The notes beneath the pieces were generated by a model, which did not search any database, was not told the DNA's origin, and saw only the letters and a list, made by a program, of their open reading frames with translations. From contig CAZSXT010000010.1 in assembly GCA_964611435.1 (NCBI GenBank), positions 26,336-90,335 of the forward strand: a stretch of 64,000 nucleotides of DNA, written 5' to 3'. Positions within the stretch are counted from its first letter, which is position 1; each line of letters begins with the position of its first letter. The translations under genes and the position numbers were made by a program. This document shows, in pieces, positions 39,047 to 48,917 of the stretch. The stretch is from an uncultured Rhodospirillaceae bacterium. Lineage in GTDB: Bacteria; Pseudomonadota; Alphaproteobacteria; Rhodospirillales; UBA2165.

Positions 39047-39631
39047 TTAGTTCAGGATGCCTTCCAACAGGGCCTTTTTCCGGCGTTTGATCACCGGCAC
39101 CGCGCCGGAGTTTATGGGCTTGCCGAGGGCCTGGGCCTCCTTGATACGCCTGGACTCTTTCTCCGGATCCACGGACGCGCCAAATTGCGGATTGGACTGC
39201 CAAAATACGATCTTGTCGGTGAAGGATTTACTATCCTCGAAAAGAACCGAGGTTTCCTTGTTGACGGTATCCCGGATCGTCGGATCGGCCTTGTCGGCGC
39301 CGGTCAAGTTGAGCATCGCCCGTTCACCGGAACTCAATTGCCGGAGATCGACTTGTTGACCGACGCTGGCGCGATCCGCCTGTTTTGGTTTGACGCCCAG
39401 CGCCTGAGCCGCCCGGTCACGCGGGTTAACGGCTTGCGGACGTTGTGCCCCAGGGGCCGGCGGCCGAAGGCTATATTCCGGCGGCAAGCTCAAGGGCGCG
39501 CGTTCGTAGACGGCAAACTCGTCCGGCGCTTCCTTGGTCTGGCCCAAGGCCCGTTTTGTTTCGTCACAGCCTGTCAGTAACGCCATCGCCGCGAAACCGG
39601 CAACAAGTCCGATGAGTCTATTGGTCTTCAT
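39047..39631 (-). CDS. DUF3035 family lipoprotein
   Basis: Lipobox MKTNRLIGLVAGFAAMALLTGC; overlaps the 3' end of lspA. Confidence 0.75.
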   Translation of the reverse strand: MKTNRLIGLVAGFAAMALLTGCDETKRALGQTKEAPDEFAVYERAPLSLPPEYSLRPPAPGAQRPQAVNPRDRAAQALGVKPKQADRASVGQQVDLRQLSSGERAMLNLTGADKADPTIRDTVNKETSVLFEDSKSFTDKIVFWQSNPQFGASVDPEKESRRIKEAQALGKPINSGAVPVIKRRKKALLEGILN

Positions 39632-40136
39632 GGGTCTCACCTTTGTTCTCAGGCATTCTATTCTCAGACGGGGATCGTGAAAACAGGGAATCGAAAATTA
39701 ATAGCACCGCGCCCACGGTGATGAAACTATCGGCAGCGTTGAACGCCGGCCAATGATATCCGGACACATGGAAATCCAGGAAATCGAAGACGGCGGAATG
39801 GACCAGCCGGTCGATGACGTTGCCCAACGCCCCGCCGATAATCAAACCAAGCCCGGTGGCGATGAACTTGTTTTCCGCCCGGCGCAGCCAAAAAAACAAA
39901 ACGACGACAATTATCAGGGCGACGATGGTCAGCCCCCACCGGCCAAACTGCTGATGGTCACTGAACAGGCCGAAGCTGATGCCCCAGTTCCACACATGCA
40001 CCAGATTGAAAAACGGGGTGACCTCGATGGATTTTCCGGGATTGGGGAGGATCCCCAGCATCCACCATTTGCTGGCCTGATCAATGATGACGGCGGCGAG
40101 AGCGATCAGCAATCCCTGTCGCAATTGAAGCGGCAT
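39618..40136 (-). CDS. lspA: Lipoprotein signal peptidase (signal peptidase II)
   Basis: Four-TM protein, NWGISFG and GGALGNVIDR motifs. Confidence 0.95.
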   Translation of the reverse strand: MPLQLRQGLLIALAAVIIDQASKWWMLGILPNPGKSIEVTPFFNLVHVWNWGISFGLFSDHQQFGRWGLTIVALIIVVVLFFWLRRAENKFIATGLGLIIGGALGNVIDRLVHSAVFDFLDFHVSGYHWPAFNAADSFITVGAVLLIFDSLFSRSPSENRMPENKGETHEDQ

Positions 40137-40142
40137 CAGTCC

Positions 40143-43028
40143 CTATTCCGCCGCCATGGGAAAGTGGCTGGCGGCGTCGGCGCAACGGTTGCAGACCTCT
40201 TCGTGACCGGAGACGGCGCCGACCTCGGGCAGGACCTTGAAGCAACGGACGCATTTTTCGCCGCCGGCCATTTCCGGCACCACGCCGATGCCGGCCACGT
40301 CTTCCAGGGTGAAGGCGCCGGCGGGCGGCGCCTCGGCGATCAGGGTGGCGTCCGAGGTGATGCCGATCTCGGCGACATCCACGTCAGCCAACAGGTCCAC
40401 ATAGTCATGCGGGGCATAGATCTTCGGATGCGCCTGCAGGCTGGAACCGATCCGTTTTTCCGCCCGTTCGATCTCCAGCGCGCCGGTGACCACGCGGCGA
40501 AGCTCCCGGATTTTCTTCCAGCGGCCGGCCAGCTCTTCATTCTTCCAGCTTTCCGGAATATCCGGGAACAGACGCAGATGTACGCTTTCCTCGTCGCCCG
40601 GATGGCGGGCGAGCCAAGCTTCTTCGGCGGTGAAGCAGATGAACGGCGCGAGCCAAGCCGTCAGGCAGTTAAACAGGTGATCCAGCACGGTGCGAGCGGC
40701 ACGGCGGTTGATCGAATCCGCCCGGTCACAATAGAGCGCATCTTTGCGAATATCCAAATAGAAAGCGGACAGATCGACCGCGCAAAAGGTATGCAGTTCG
40801 GTGAACAAATGATGGAACTCGAACGTCTCGCAGGCGCGCCGGATGCGGGCATCCAGTTCGTACAGCCGGTGCAGCACCCAGCGATCCAGTTCCGGCATGT
40901 CCGATTCCGGCAATTTTTCCGCCTCGTCAAAATCGGCGAGATTGCCCAACAGATAGCGTAGCGTATTGCGCAGCCGCCGGTAGATATCCGAATGGTGTTT
41001 GATGATCTCGGGACCGATCCGCAGGTCCTCGGAGTAATCTGAACCGACCACCCAAAGCCGCAAGATATCGGCGCCGTTCTGGTCCACGACGGTTTGCGGT
41101 GCGGTGATATTGCCCAAGGACTTGGACATTTTCTGTCCGTCCTCGGCCATGACAAAGCCATGAGTCAGTACACCGTCATAAGGCGCACGACCGCGGGTGC
41201 CGCAAGATTCCAGCAACGATGAATGGAACCAGCCCCGGTGCTGATCGGAGCCTTCCAAATACAGCGACGCCGGCCATGCCAGCCCCTCGGTCTGTTCCAG
41301 AACGAAACTGTGGGTGGAACCGGAATCAAACCAGACATCCAGAATATCAGTAACCTGCTCGTAGTCGCCGGCGCTATGGTCGTTGCCGAGGAAGCGCGTC
41401 ATGTCCGAGCCGAACCAGGCGTCCGCACCCTCCGCCTCAATCGCCTCGGCAATGCGTTCGTTGACCGCCGGATCGCGCAAAATTTCGCCCGTTTCTTTGT
41501 GGACGAAGACAGTGATCGGCACGCCCCAAGCGCGCTGGCGGGAAATCACCCAGTCCGGCCGGCCTTCGATCATGGCATGCAGCCGGGACTGGCCTGATTT
41601 CGGATAGAAGCCGGTATCGGCGATTGCGCCCAGAGCGATATCCCGGAGGGACTTTCCGCTTTCCGGCATATCCTTGTCCATGGCGATGAACCACTGAGGC
41701 GTATTGCGGAAGATCACCGGCTTTTTGGATCGCCAGGAATGAGGATACTGGTGCTTCAGCCGCCCGCGGGCGATCAGCGCATTGGCGGCGACAAGCGCTT
41801 CGATGACGGCGGCGTTGGCGTCGCCCTTCTTACCTTTATCGGTAATCACCCGTTTACCGGCAAAACCCGGCGCTGCGTCCGTATAGTATCCATCCGCATC
41901 CACCGTGTAGGGTATCTGCGGATCGATGTTCATATCGGTCAAATGGCGGGTATTCGCCGTCCAAATCTCGAAGTCGTCCCGGCCATGGCCCGGCGCGGTG
42001 TGGACGAAGCCCGCACCCGTATCGTCGGTCACGTGATCGCCATCCATCAGGGGCACGGCAAAATCGTAACCCATGCCGGCCAACGGATGAGCGCAGATAA
42101 GACCCGCCAGCATCTCTGCGGAAACATCGGCGACCCGCTTGTGCGCATCGACCCGCGCTGAACCCATCACTTCTTCCGCGAGAGAGTCCGCCAGGATCAG
42201 CTTGTCGCCGGCGACGGCCCAATTGTCTTCCGGCGCTTCGGTGACTTCGTAGAGGCCGTAATTGATCCGCGATGAGAAACAGATCGCCCGATTGCCGGGA
42301 ATGGTCCAAGGCGTGGTGGTCCAGATCACTACGGCGGCGTCGGCAATATCGTCATCACCGCCCGACGTAATCGGGAATTTGGCCCAGATTGTATCGGATT
42401 CATGATCGAAATACTCGATCTCCGCTTCCGCCAGGGCGGTCTTTTCCACCACTGACCACATGACCGGTTTGGAGCCCCGGTACAAAAGCCCGTTGTCCAG
42501 GAACTTCATCAGCTCCCGCGCGATTTGCGCCTCGGCGGCAAAGGTCATGGTCGTATACGGATTGTTCCAATCGCCGATGACGCCCAAGCGCTTAAACTCA
42601 TCCCGTTGGATATCGATCCACTTTTCGGCAAAGTCCCGGCATTCCTGGCGGAACTCTACGATCGGCACGGCGTCCTTGTCCTGACCTTTGGCGCGGTATT
42701 GTTCCTCGATTTTCCACTCGATCGGCAGCCCGTGGCAATCCCAGCCGGGGACATAGTTGGAATCCTTGCCCATCATCTGTTGGGAGCGGGAGATCACGTC
42801 CTTCAAGATTTTATTCAGCGCGTGGCCGATATGCAGGTTGCCGTTGGCGTAGGGCGGGCCGTCATGGAGAATAAATTTCTCCCGGCCCTTTGACTGTTCC
42901 CGCTGGCGTTTGTAGATGTCCAGCTTCTCCCAGCGTTCCAGCAATTCCGGCTCGCGCTTGGGCAGGCCGGCCTTCATAGGAAAGTCGGTCTTGGGAAGGT
43001 AAACGGTCGATTTATAATCCACACTCAT
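40143..43028 (-). CDS. ileS: Isoleucine--tRNA ligase
   Basis: HIGH region [19 protein letters not shown]-terminal zinc-finger CVRC...CNRC; 961 aa. Confidence 0.98.
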   Translation of the reverse strand: MSVDYKSTVYLPKTDFPMKAGLPKREPELLERWEKLDIYKRQREQSKGREKFILHDGPPYANGNLHIGHALNKILKDVISRSQQMMGKDSNYVPGWDCHGLPIEWKIEEQYRAKGQDKDAVPIVEFRQECRDFAEKWIDIQRDEFKRLGVIGDWNNPYTTMTFAAEAQIARELMKFLDNGLLYRGSKPVMWSVVEKTALAEAEIEYFDHESDTIWAKFPITSGGDDDIADAAVVIWTTTPWTIPGNRAICFSSRINYGLYEVTEAPEDNWAVAGDKLILADSLAEEVMGSARVDAHKRVADVSAEMLAGLICAHPLAGMGYDFAVPLMDGDHVTDDTGAGFVHTAPGHGRDDFEIWTANTRHLTDMNIDPQIPYTVDADGYYTDAAPGFAGKRVITDKGKKGDANAAVIEALVAANALIARGRLKHQYPHSWRSKKPVIFRNTPQWFIAMDKDMPESGKSLRDIALGAIADTGFYPKSGQSRLHAMIEGRPDWVISRQRAWGVPITVFVHKETGEILRDPAVNERIAEAIEAEGADAWFGSDMTRFLGNDHSAGDYEQVTDILDVWFDSGSTHSFVLEQTEGLAWPASLYLEGSDQHRGWFHSSLLESCGTRGRAPYDGVLTHGFVMAEDGQKMSKSLGNITAPQTVVDQNGADILRLWVVGSDYSEDLRIGPEIIKHHSDIYRRLRNTLRYLLGNLADFDEAEKLPESDMPELDRWVLHRLYELDARIRRACETFEFHHLFTELHTFCAVDLSAFYLDIRKDALYCDRADSINRRAARTVLDHLFNCLTAWLAPFICFTAEEAWLARHPGDEESVHLRLFPDIPESWKNEELAGRWKKIRELRRVVTGALEIERAEKRIGSSLQAHPKIYAPHDYVDLLADVDVAEIGITSDATLIAEAPPAGAFTLEDVAGIGVVPEMAGGEKCVRCFKVLPEVGAVSGHEEVCNRCADAASHFPMAAE

Positions 43029-43037
43029 TGTTTTTAG

Positions 43038-43994
43038 CTATCCGTTCTTAGCTGCGTCAGCGGCCAGCATCTCCCGGGCCAGGCCACAATCCGCATCAAT
43101 TTGCGCCTTTAAGGCGTCGATCCCATCGAATTTCTTCTCCGGGCGTATGAATTCCACCAGGCCCACACGCAGGTGTTTGCCGTAAATATCCTGGTTGAAA
43201 TCAAAAATATGGGTTTCCAGCAGGCAACTCGTGCCATCGAAGGTGGGTCTATAGCCCAAATTCGCGATCCCGTCATGCCAAACCGTGTCCGGCCCGTCGT
43301 CGAGGCCGGCGCGGATGGCATAGCCGCCGAGCGCCGTGCCCAGATTATCTTCACACAGGATATTTGCCGTGGGAAATCCGATCGTCCGGCCGCGCTGATC
43401 GCCCTTGATCACCCGGCCCGCGATTTCATAGGTGCGGCCCAAGAGCCGGGCGGCGTCAACCGGCTTGGCGTCCATCAACGCTTGGCGGATTCTGGTGGAG
43501 GAAATGACTTCGCCCGAATCATCAACCACCTGTTCGACGCTGGTGGTCTCGAAGCCTTTCTTGCGACCTTCTTCCTTCAGAAACGTCGTATCGCCCTGGC
43601 GCTTATGGCCGAACGTAAAGTCGCCGCCGGAGACAATATGCGAGGCGCCGAATCCGCTTACCAGTACGTCGTCGATAAAAGTTTCCGCGCTCATGCCGGC
43701 GAGATTCTTGTCGAAGTGCAGAACCACCAGAAAATCGACGCCCAGGTCCTCAATATGCCGGCCTTTCACATGGAATGGCGATATGCGAAACGGCGCGCCA
43801 TTGGGATCGAAAAAAGTGCGGGGGTGCGGCTCGAACGTCAGCACGCCCCATGGCACGCCGGCATCCTTGGCGATCCGGCCGGCCGTATGGATCACTTCCT
43901 GATGGCCGAGATGAACGCCATCGAAATTACCGATGGCGATGGCGCCGCCGCGATGGCTGCGTACGAGCCCGTCAAAATGTCTGTATAGGCGCAT
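43038..43994 (-). CDS. ribF: Bifunctional riboflavin kinase / FAD synthetase
   Basis: IGNFDGVHLGHQ; kinase GRTIGFPTAN; start at ATG 43994 (MRLYRHF); the longer ORF begins on TTG. Confidence 0.95.
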   Translation of the reverse strand: MRLYRHFDGLVRSHRGGAIAIGNFDGVHLGHQEVIHTAGRIAKDAGVPWGVLTFEPHPRTFFDPNGAPFRISPFHVKGRHIEDLGVDFLVVLHFDKNLAGMSAETFIDDVLVSGFGASHIVSGGDFTFGHKRQGDTTFLKEEGRKKGFETTSVEQVVDDSGEVISSTRIRQALMDAKPVDAARLLGRTYEIAGRVIKGDQRGRTIGFPTANILCEDNLGTALGGYAIRAGLDDGPDTVWHDGIANLGYRPTFDGTSCLLETHIFDFNQDIYGKHLRVGLVEFIRPEKKFDGIDALKAQIDADCGLAREMLAADAAKNG

Positions 43995-44174
43995 GGCGGG
44001 CTGGAAAGTGTCAGTATGCCCCCATGGGGTCAAGAGGAAATGGGCGTGTTTTCAAATGCTTGTCCGAATGGCCAAGCCGATCATAATGACCCTTGTTTTA
44101 TGAAATCTTTAGGTTCGCCGGATTAGTCTCCTCGCCATGATATAGGTCTCGAAACAGTTTCAAAACGATGCGTC

Positions 44175-46079
44175 GTGACGCCTGAGAGTAAACATACAAA
44201 ACTTATCCGCGCGCGCGCGCTTCATCAAAAAGGCGCGTTGCGTGAGGCCGCCAACCTCTATCGGGAAATCCTGAAGGAGACGGGCGAGGACGGCGAAATA
44301 TTGAACCTGTTGGGCGCCCTGCTGCTAGAAGCCGGTCTTCATGATCAGGCGCAGGATGTTCTGCAACGCGCCCTCGTGGTCGGTGGCGCGAATTCCGGTG
44401 TGCTCCACAATTATGGATTGGCGCTGCAACAAGGCGGGCGTTGGCCGGAAGCCGTACGCGCCCTGGGAAATGCCGCCAGCGCGGACCCCGGCAACGCCGC
44501 GATCTGGTTCGTGCTGGCAAACCTGTTGGTGAGCCTAAACCGATTTCCCGAGGCCCAAGAGGCGTTCGAGGCGTGCCTGAGAGCGGACGGCAACAATCTG
44601 GATTGTCTTATCAACTTTGGCGCATTGCGCCGGAACCAAGGCAAGCTGACGGAGGCCGAAGAGCTGTTTAAACAGGCGTTGGTACTGGCGCCCGGTGATG
44701 TCCGTGCGAAGGAGTATTTGGCCCGGGTGCAGGCCGACCAAGGGGCCTATGATCTGGCGGTAAAGACGTATTTTGAGGTTTTGGCGGCGTCACCGGCTTA
44801 TCTGGAAGCCCGGCTACGCTGCGCCGCCATCTTACAGAAGCTGGCGCGCTTTGATGAGGCTCTTGAACTGCTGGAAGACGCAGATGCTTCGGATATCGGA
44901 GTTTTGATCGGCCGGGCGCACCTGTCCCGTGACATGGGCCGTTTTGACGAGGCCGCCGCGTGCCTGGACCAAGTGGTTCCGGACGAGGAAGATGCCGTTG
45001 CAGTTCTCGCTAACAAGGCGCTGTTGCAGCAACATCGCGGAGACGTATCCGGTGCGATCAAACTCTACCAGCAGGCAATTCACGCAGCGCCAGACAACCG
45101 GGACCTCAATGTGAACCTTGCGCATGCCCTGTTGCTGAACGGCGACTATTCCGAGGGTTGGCGGGAATTTGACAAACGTGTTGAGGAGCCAGCGGCCCGT
45201 GCCCTCAGGCCCGACTGGCCTGGCAAAAAATGGGACGGGGAATCGGTCACCGGCAAGTCAATCCTGGTGGCCGGCGAACAGGGCAAAGGGGATTATTTTC
45301 AGTTTTTGAGATATCTGCCCCGGCTGATTGAATTAGGCGCGGCGGTCACTGCGTCCGCATCGGCGCGGTTGCATCCCGTGCTGTCGTCAAAGATCGACGG
45401 CGTCCACTGGGTGCCGATCGAAGGGCCGTATCCGGAGACCGATTATCATGCCCGGTTGATGAGTTTACCCGCATATTTTGATGGCGGCAGGCCGTTCTGG
45501 CCGGGCGCGTATATTTCCGCCGAAATGGATCGGGTGAACACATGGGTGCGGCGGTTAGCCGGGGATCGCCCGAAGATTGGAATCGCCTGGCAGGGCAATC
45601 GGGCATACGCTTTTGATCACTTACGATCCGTCGCTCTGGCCCTGTTTGCCCCCTTGGTGGAAAGGGAAGATATAGTCCTGTATTCGCTGCAAAAAGGCGG
45701 GGCCGCCGGTCAGATCGCCGAAAATGGATGGGACTCCCGGATCAGAGACGTCACTGCGGATATGGATGGCGATGCCGCCTTTGTCGATACGGCGGCGGTG
45801 ATCGACAATTTGGACCTGATCATTACCACCGATACATCTCTTCCCCATCTCGCCGGGGCTATGGGAAAGCCGGTGTGGATGATTCTATCGACCGCTCCGG
45901 ATTGGCGCTGGGGGTTATGCGGCAGCGATTGCCCCTGGTATCCGACGATGCGACTGGTCCGGCAGTCGGCGCCGAACGATTGGGCTGGCGTCATGTCCCG
46001 GGTCAGGCAAGCGCTTGATCACTGGATGTCGGATGGCGGCGATCCGAACAGGGCTGCGGACAAAATTCTGAAGGGTTAA
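44175..46079 (+). CDS. TPR-repeat protein fused to a GT9 (heptosyltransferase-like) glycosyltransferase domain
   Basis: About 330 aa of TPR repeats, then ILVAGEQGKGDYFQFLRYLP and DLIITTDTSLPHLAGAMGKPVWMIL, matching GT9 GxGD and DTGPMHLAAA-type motifs; GTG start. Confidence 0.8.
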   Translation: MTPESKHTKLIRARALHQKGALREAANLYREILKETGEDGEILNLLGALLLEAGLHDQAQDVLQRALVVGGANSGVLHNYGLALQQGGRWPEAVRALGNAASADPGNAAIWFVLANLLVSLNRFPEAQEAFEACLRADGNNLDCLINFGALRRNQGKLTEAEELFKQALVLAPGDVRAKEYLARVQADQGAYDLAVKTYFEVLAASPAYLEARLRCAAILQKLARFDEALELLEDADASDIGVLIGRAHLSRDMGRFDEAAACLDQVVPDEEDAVAVLANKALLQQHRGDVSGAIKLYQQAIHAAPDNRDLNVNLAHALLLNGDYSEGWREFDKRVEEPAARALRPDWPGKKWDGESVTGKSILVAGEQGKGDYFQFLRYLPRLIELGAAVTASASARLHPVLSSKIDGVHWVPIEGPYPETDYHARLMSLPAYFDGGRPFWPGAYISAEMDRVNTWVRRLAGDRPKIGIAWQGNRAYAFDHLRSVALALFAPLVEREDIVLYSLQKGGAAGQIAENGWDSRIRDVTADMDGDAAFVDTAAVIDNLDLIITTDTSLPHLAGAMGKPVWMILSTAPDWRWGLCGSDCPWYPTMRLVRQSAPNDWAGVMSRVRQALDHWMSDGGDPNRAADKILKG

Positions 46080-47005
46080 TCGTCTGCCGGCGGCGGTTTT
46101 TTCTGGCTGACCACCAACAGGATGCCCAGGAAGATCATCAACGCGCCGGCGACGTGATAGAAATACAGCTCTTCTCCCAAAAACAGGATGGCCATGCCGG
46201 CGCTGAACACTGGCATCAGATTGACGAAGATGGCGCTTTTGTTGACGCCGACTGCGGGGACGGCCTTGTTCCATAGGATGGTCGGTAGAACGGTTGGGAC
46301 AATGGCCAAGAAGATAACGGTCACCACGGTCTCGGTCAGCATCGGCACCGGCTTTACGACAATGCTCTCGATGGCGTACAGGGGAATCAATTCGATCCCG
46401 CCGCAGAACATGATGACGAACAGCGCGCTTGAAAAACTCACATCCTTCGGCAGCCGGGGCAGGAAGTTGGCGTACCAGGCATAGCCAACCACCGCACAGA
46501 TCATGATCATGTCGCCGGCATTGAACGCCAATGAGGTGAGCACGTCGACATCGCCTTTCGACGTCATCAGCGTGATACCAAGAAAAGCGCCGAGGATGCC
46601 CGATGCCTGGCGCAGGCTCAGCTTGTCCTGAAAGAAGGCCCAGGCGACCAGGGCGGTCATGGTCGGCTGAGTGGCGTTCAGAATGCCGCCGTTGGTCGCC
46701 GTGGTGAAGTTGAGAGACAAGGTCGAGAGCGTGCTCCCGCCGACGATGAACATGCCCATCATAAAAAAGAACGGCAGGCGCTTGCGGATGATCGGGAACT
46801 CTTCCCGCAACTTCGGCCAGGCGAAGGGAAGGACAACGAGCGCACCGCCGAACCAGCGCCAAAAGGACATGCCCAGCGGCGGGATGGTCTCGTGGATCCA
46901 GCGCACCCAGACGATGCCGGTGGACCAGAAAAACACCACGGCGACCAGCATGGCGTAGCCGACCCAGGGGGAGATCGCCGGCTGTTCAGTTGGATTGTCG
47001 TTCAT
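46076..47005 (-). CDS. DMT superfamily (EamA-type) transporter
   Basis: About 10 predicted TM helices in two EamA-like halves; start overlaps the stop of the upstream TPR-GT41 gene (ATGA). Confidence 0.85.
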   Translation of the reverse strand: MNDNPTEQPAISPWVGYAMLVAVVFFWSTGIVWVRWIHETIPPLGMSFWRWFGGALVVLPFAWPKLREEFPIIRKRLPFFFMMGMFIVGGSTLSTLSLNFTTATNGGILNATQPTMTALVAWAFFQDKLSLRQASGILGAFLGITLMTSKGDVDVLTSLAFNAGDMIMICAVVGYAWYANFLPRLPKDVSFSSALFVIMFCGGIELIPLYAIESIVVKPVPMLTETVVTVIFLAIVPTVLPTILWNKAVPAVGVNKSAIFVNLMPVFSAGMAILFLGEELYFYHVAGALMIFLGILLVVSQKKPPPADD

Positions 47006-48825
47006 ATGGTGGTGTCCAGACGGACCAGGGCATCGGTAAAGAATTTTTCATGCGCCCGGACCGCCTCGTCATTGTCGAACAGAACCGGATGTGCGGCTTT
47101 GATCCGGGTCTCGATTTCGTGGCGCCGTTCCGGATCGTTGGCGAGAGCGACGGCAAGCGTGGCATAGTCCTCGTCGGATTCCGCGAGGCAGTCGGTGATG
47201 CCCATCTGGCGGTAAAATCCCGCGGTAATCCGGCCCCGGAGGAAGGGTGATGGCTGTGTGACCACCGCCTTACCTACCGCGAAAGCTTCCAGGCTGGAAT
47301 TGCCGCCGCAGAAGACGGTCGAGTCTAAAATGATATTTGCGTGTTCCATAAGGGACAGATAGCGTGCGCCGGGCATTCTGGGAAGGAAAACCACGCGCTC
47401 GGACAATGAACCGAGCGACTCCTTAAACCGGGCCTTCAACAGCCGGCTCCAGCTTTCCTGCTGACCATCGATGAGAACGACAAGCGCCTTGGTGTCTTCC
47501 GTTAGTATCCTTTTAAGGACGTCATCGAATGTCGGGTGCAGTTTGAACAGGCTTTGCGGACACATATAGAGGGTGTCCTCGTCCGAGAGGCCAAAGTCCC
47601 CACGTGTCGTTGTGGCCGGTTTTATGTCAGGCATGGTGTAGCTCGTGCCGATATCCGGGAAGAGGATCAGTTCTTCGGAATAATGCGCTTCGGCATTGCC
47701 CGGTTCGAGCAGGCTTGACGAGATGAAATAATCAATTTCCGGCAGGCCTGTGGTCACCGGATGTCCCCAAATCACGCATTGAAGGGGGGCCAGGCGCGCA
47801 AAGCCGAGAAAATAACTCATCGGCTCCATGCCGATATCCGGGTAGTAGAGAATATCCAGTTCCGCCGCCGCCACGGTTCGATGGGCCACGGTCAAAGATT
47901 CCGCGAGTTCTTCAAAGTGGTCGGCTGACGCCGCCAACGCCGCCAAGTCACTGTCCCTATCCCGAGCATAGGGCCCCAAGTGGAAGACGAAGACTTCAAA
48001 CTTATCCCGATCCAGATACTCGATCAGGCGGCGGTTCAGTTTGCCGATGGTATGACTGCCCAAATGGGCCGAGGCGAAACCGATCCTGATCCGCCGGTCT
48101 GTGGGTGGGCGATAGCCGCTGCAATGGGGTGCGGTGAAATTCAATGATGGACAAGCGGCCAGATAGGCCCGGGCAAGCAGTTCTTGAATTTCCCGGTCAT
48201 TATCGCCGTGGTAGACGCTTGCGAAGTTGGTCATGCCGACTTCGTTTGCCGGATCAGAAAGCGTGACAGGTGAATCGATCAGTTTCCGTACCTTTTCGAC
48301 CAGCCGTTCCCGATGCCGGGCATACTGTTCGGTGCTTTGGCCGATAAAGGGAATGGCCAGGGCGCTTAAAAAGCGTGCCGCCCCGATCTCGGGATGGCGG
48401 GTTTCCACATTCTCAAACAACGTCTGAGCCTCTTCGGTCTCCCCCAAGCGCAACAATGCCCGGCCGAGATTGAGGCTGATCACCGGCTGAGCGGGGTGCA
48501 AGTCATGCGCCTGACGGTAGACCTTGGCCGCGTCCTCTGTCCCACCCAGCCGTTGAAGGGCGTTGCCCAGGTTGTTCAGGATGTCGGGGTCTTCGGGATG
48601 ATGTTCATGCGCTTCGGTCAAAGCATCAAATGCCGCCACCATCCAGCCCCGGTCGATCAGGCACGCCCCCAGGTTGGCGCCGGCGATCAGGTGGTCCGGG
48701 ATCGCTTCCAAAACCTTACGATAATATCGTTCGGCCTCGGCAAACTCCCCTGCCCGGTGGTGCATCAGCGCCTTGGCCAGCCACTCGTCCGACGGGATTC
48801 TGGTCTGATCTTCGTTAACCATCAC
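47002..48825 (-). CDS. TPR-repeat protein fused to a GT41 (O-GlcNAc transferase / SPINDLY-like) domain
   Basis: N-terminal TPRs; C-terminal RIGFASAHLGSHTIGKLNRRLIEYLDRDKFEVFVF and LDSTVFCGGNSSLEAFAVGKAVVT resembling GT41 motifs. Confidence 0.8.
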   Translation of the reverse strand: MMVNEDQTRIPSDEWLAKALMHHRAGEFAEAERYYRKVLEAIPDHLIAGANLGACLIDRGWMVAAFDALTEAHEHHPEDPDILNNLGNALQRLGGTEDAAKVYRQAHDLHPAQPVISLNLGRALLRLGETEEAQTLFENVETRHPEIGAARFLSALAIPFIGQSTEQYARHRERLVEKVRKLIDSPVTLSDPANEVGMTNFASVYHGDNDREIQELLARAYLAACPSLNFTAPHCSGYRPPTDRRIRIGFASAHLGSHTIGKLNRRLIEYLDRDKFEVFVFHLGPYARDRDSDLAALAASADHFEELAESLTVAHRTVAAAELDILYYPDIGMEPMSYFLGFARLAPLQCVIWGHPVTTGLPEIDYFISSSLLEPGNAEAHYSEELILFPDIGTSYTMPDIKPATTTRGDFGLSDEDTLYMCPQSLFKLHPTFDDVLKRILTEDTKALVVLIDGQQESWSRLLKARFKESLGSLSERVVFLPRMPGARYLSLMEHANIILDSTVFCGGNSSLEAFAVGKAVVTQPSPFLRGRITAGFYRQMGITDCLAESDEDYATLAVALANDPERRHEIETRIKAAHPVLFDNDEAVRAHEKFFTDALVRLDTTI

Positions 48826-48917
48826 CGGGATTTAGCACAGGTTTCCTTAAAGAGCATGAACGGGTTGTTGTGCCGTTTCCTCCCGTGGCGTAATTTTAGC
48901 GCCAAATCCGACCAAAA

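Noticed and set aside
39753-40961. 402-aa ORF antisense to lspA and ileS
   Set aside because: It overlaps two highly conserved genes on the other strand, has no recognisable motifs and has low-complexity G/D/Q/A-rich composition. It is a GC-rich shadow ORF.
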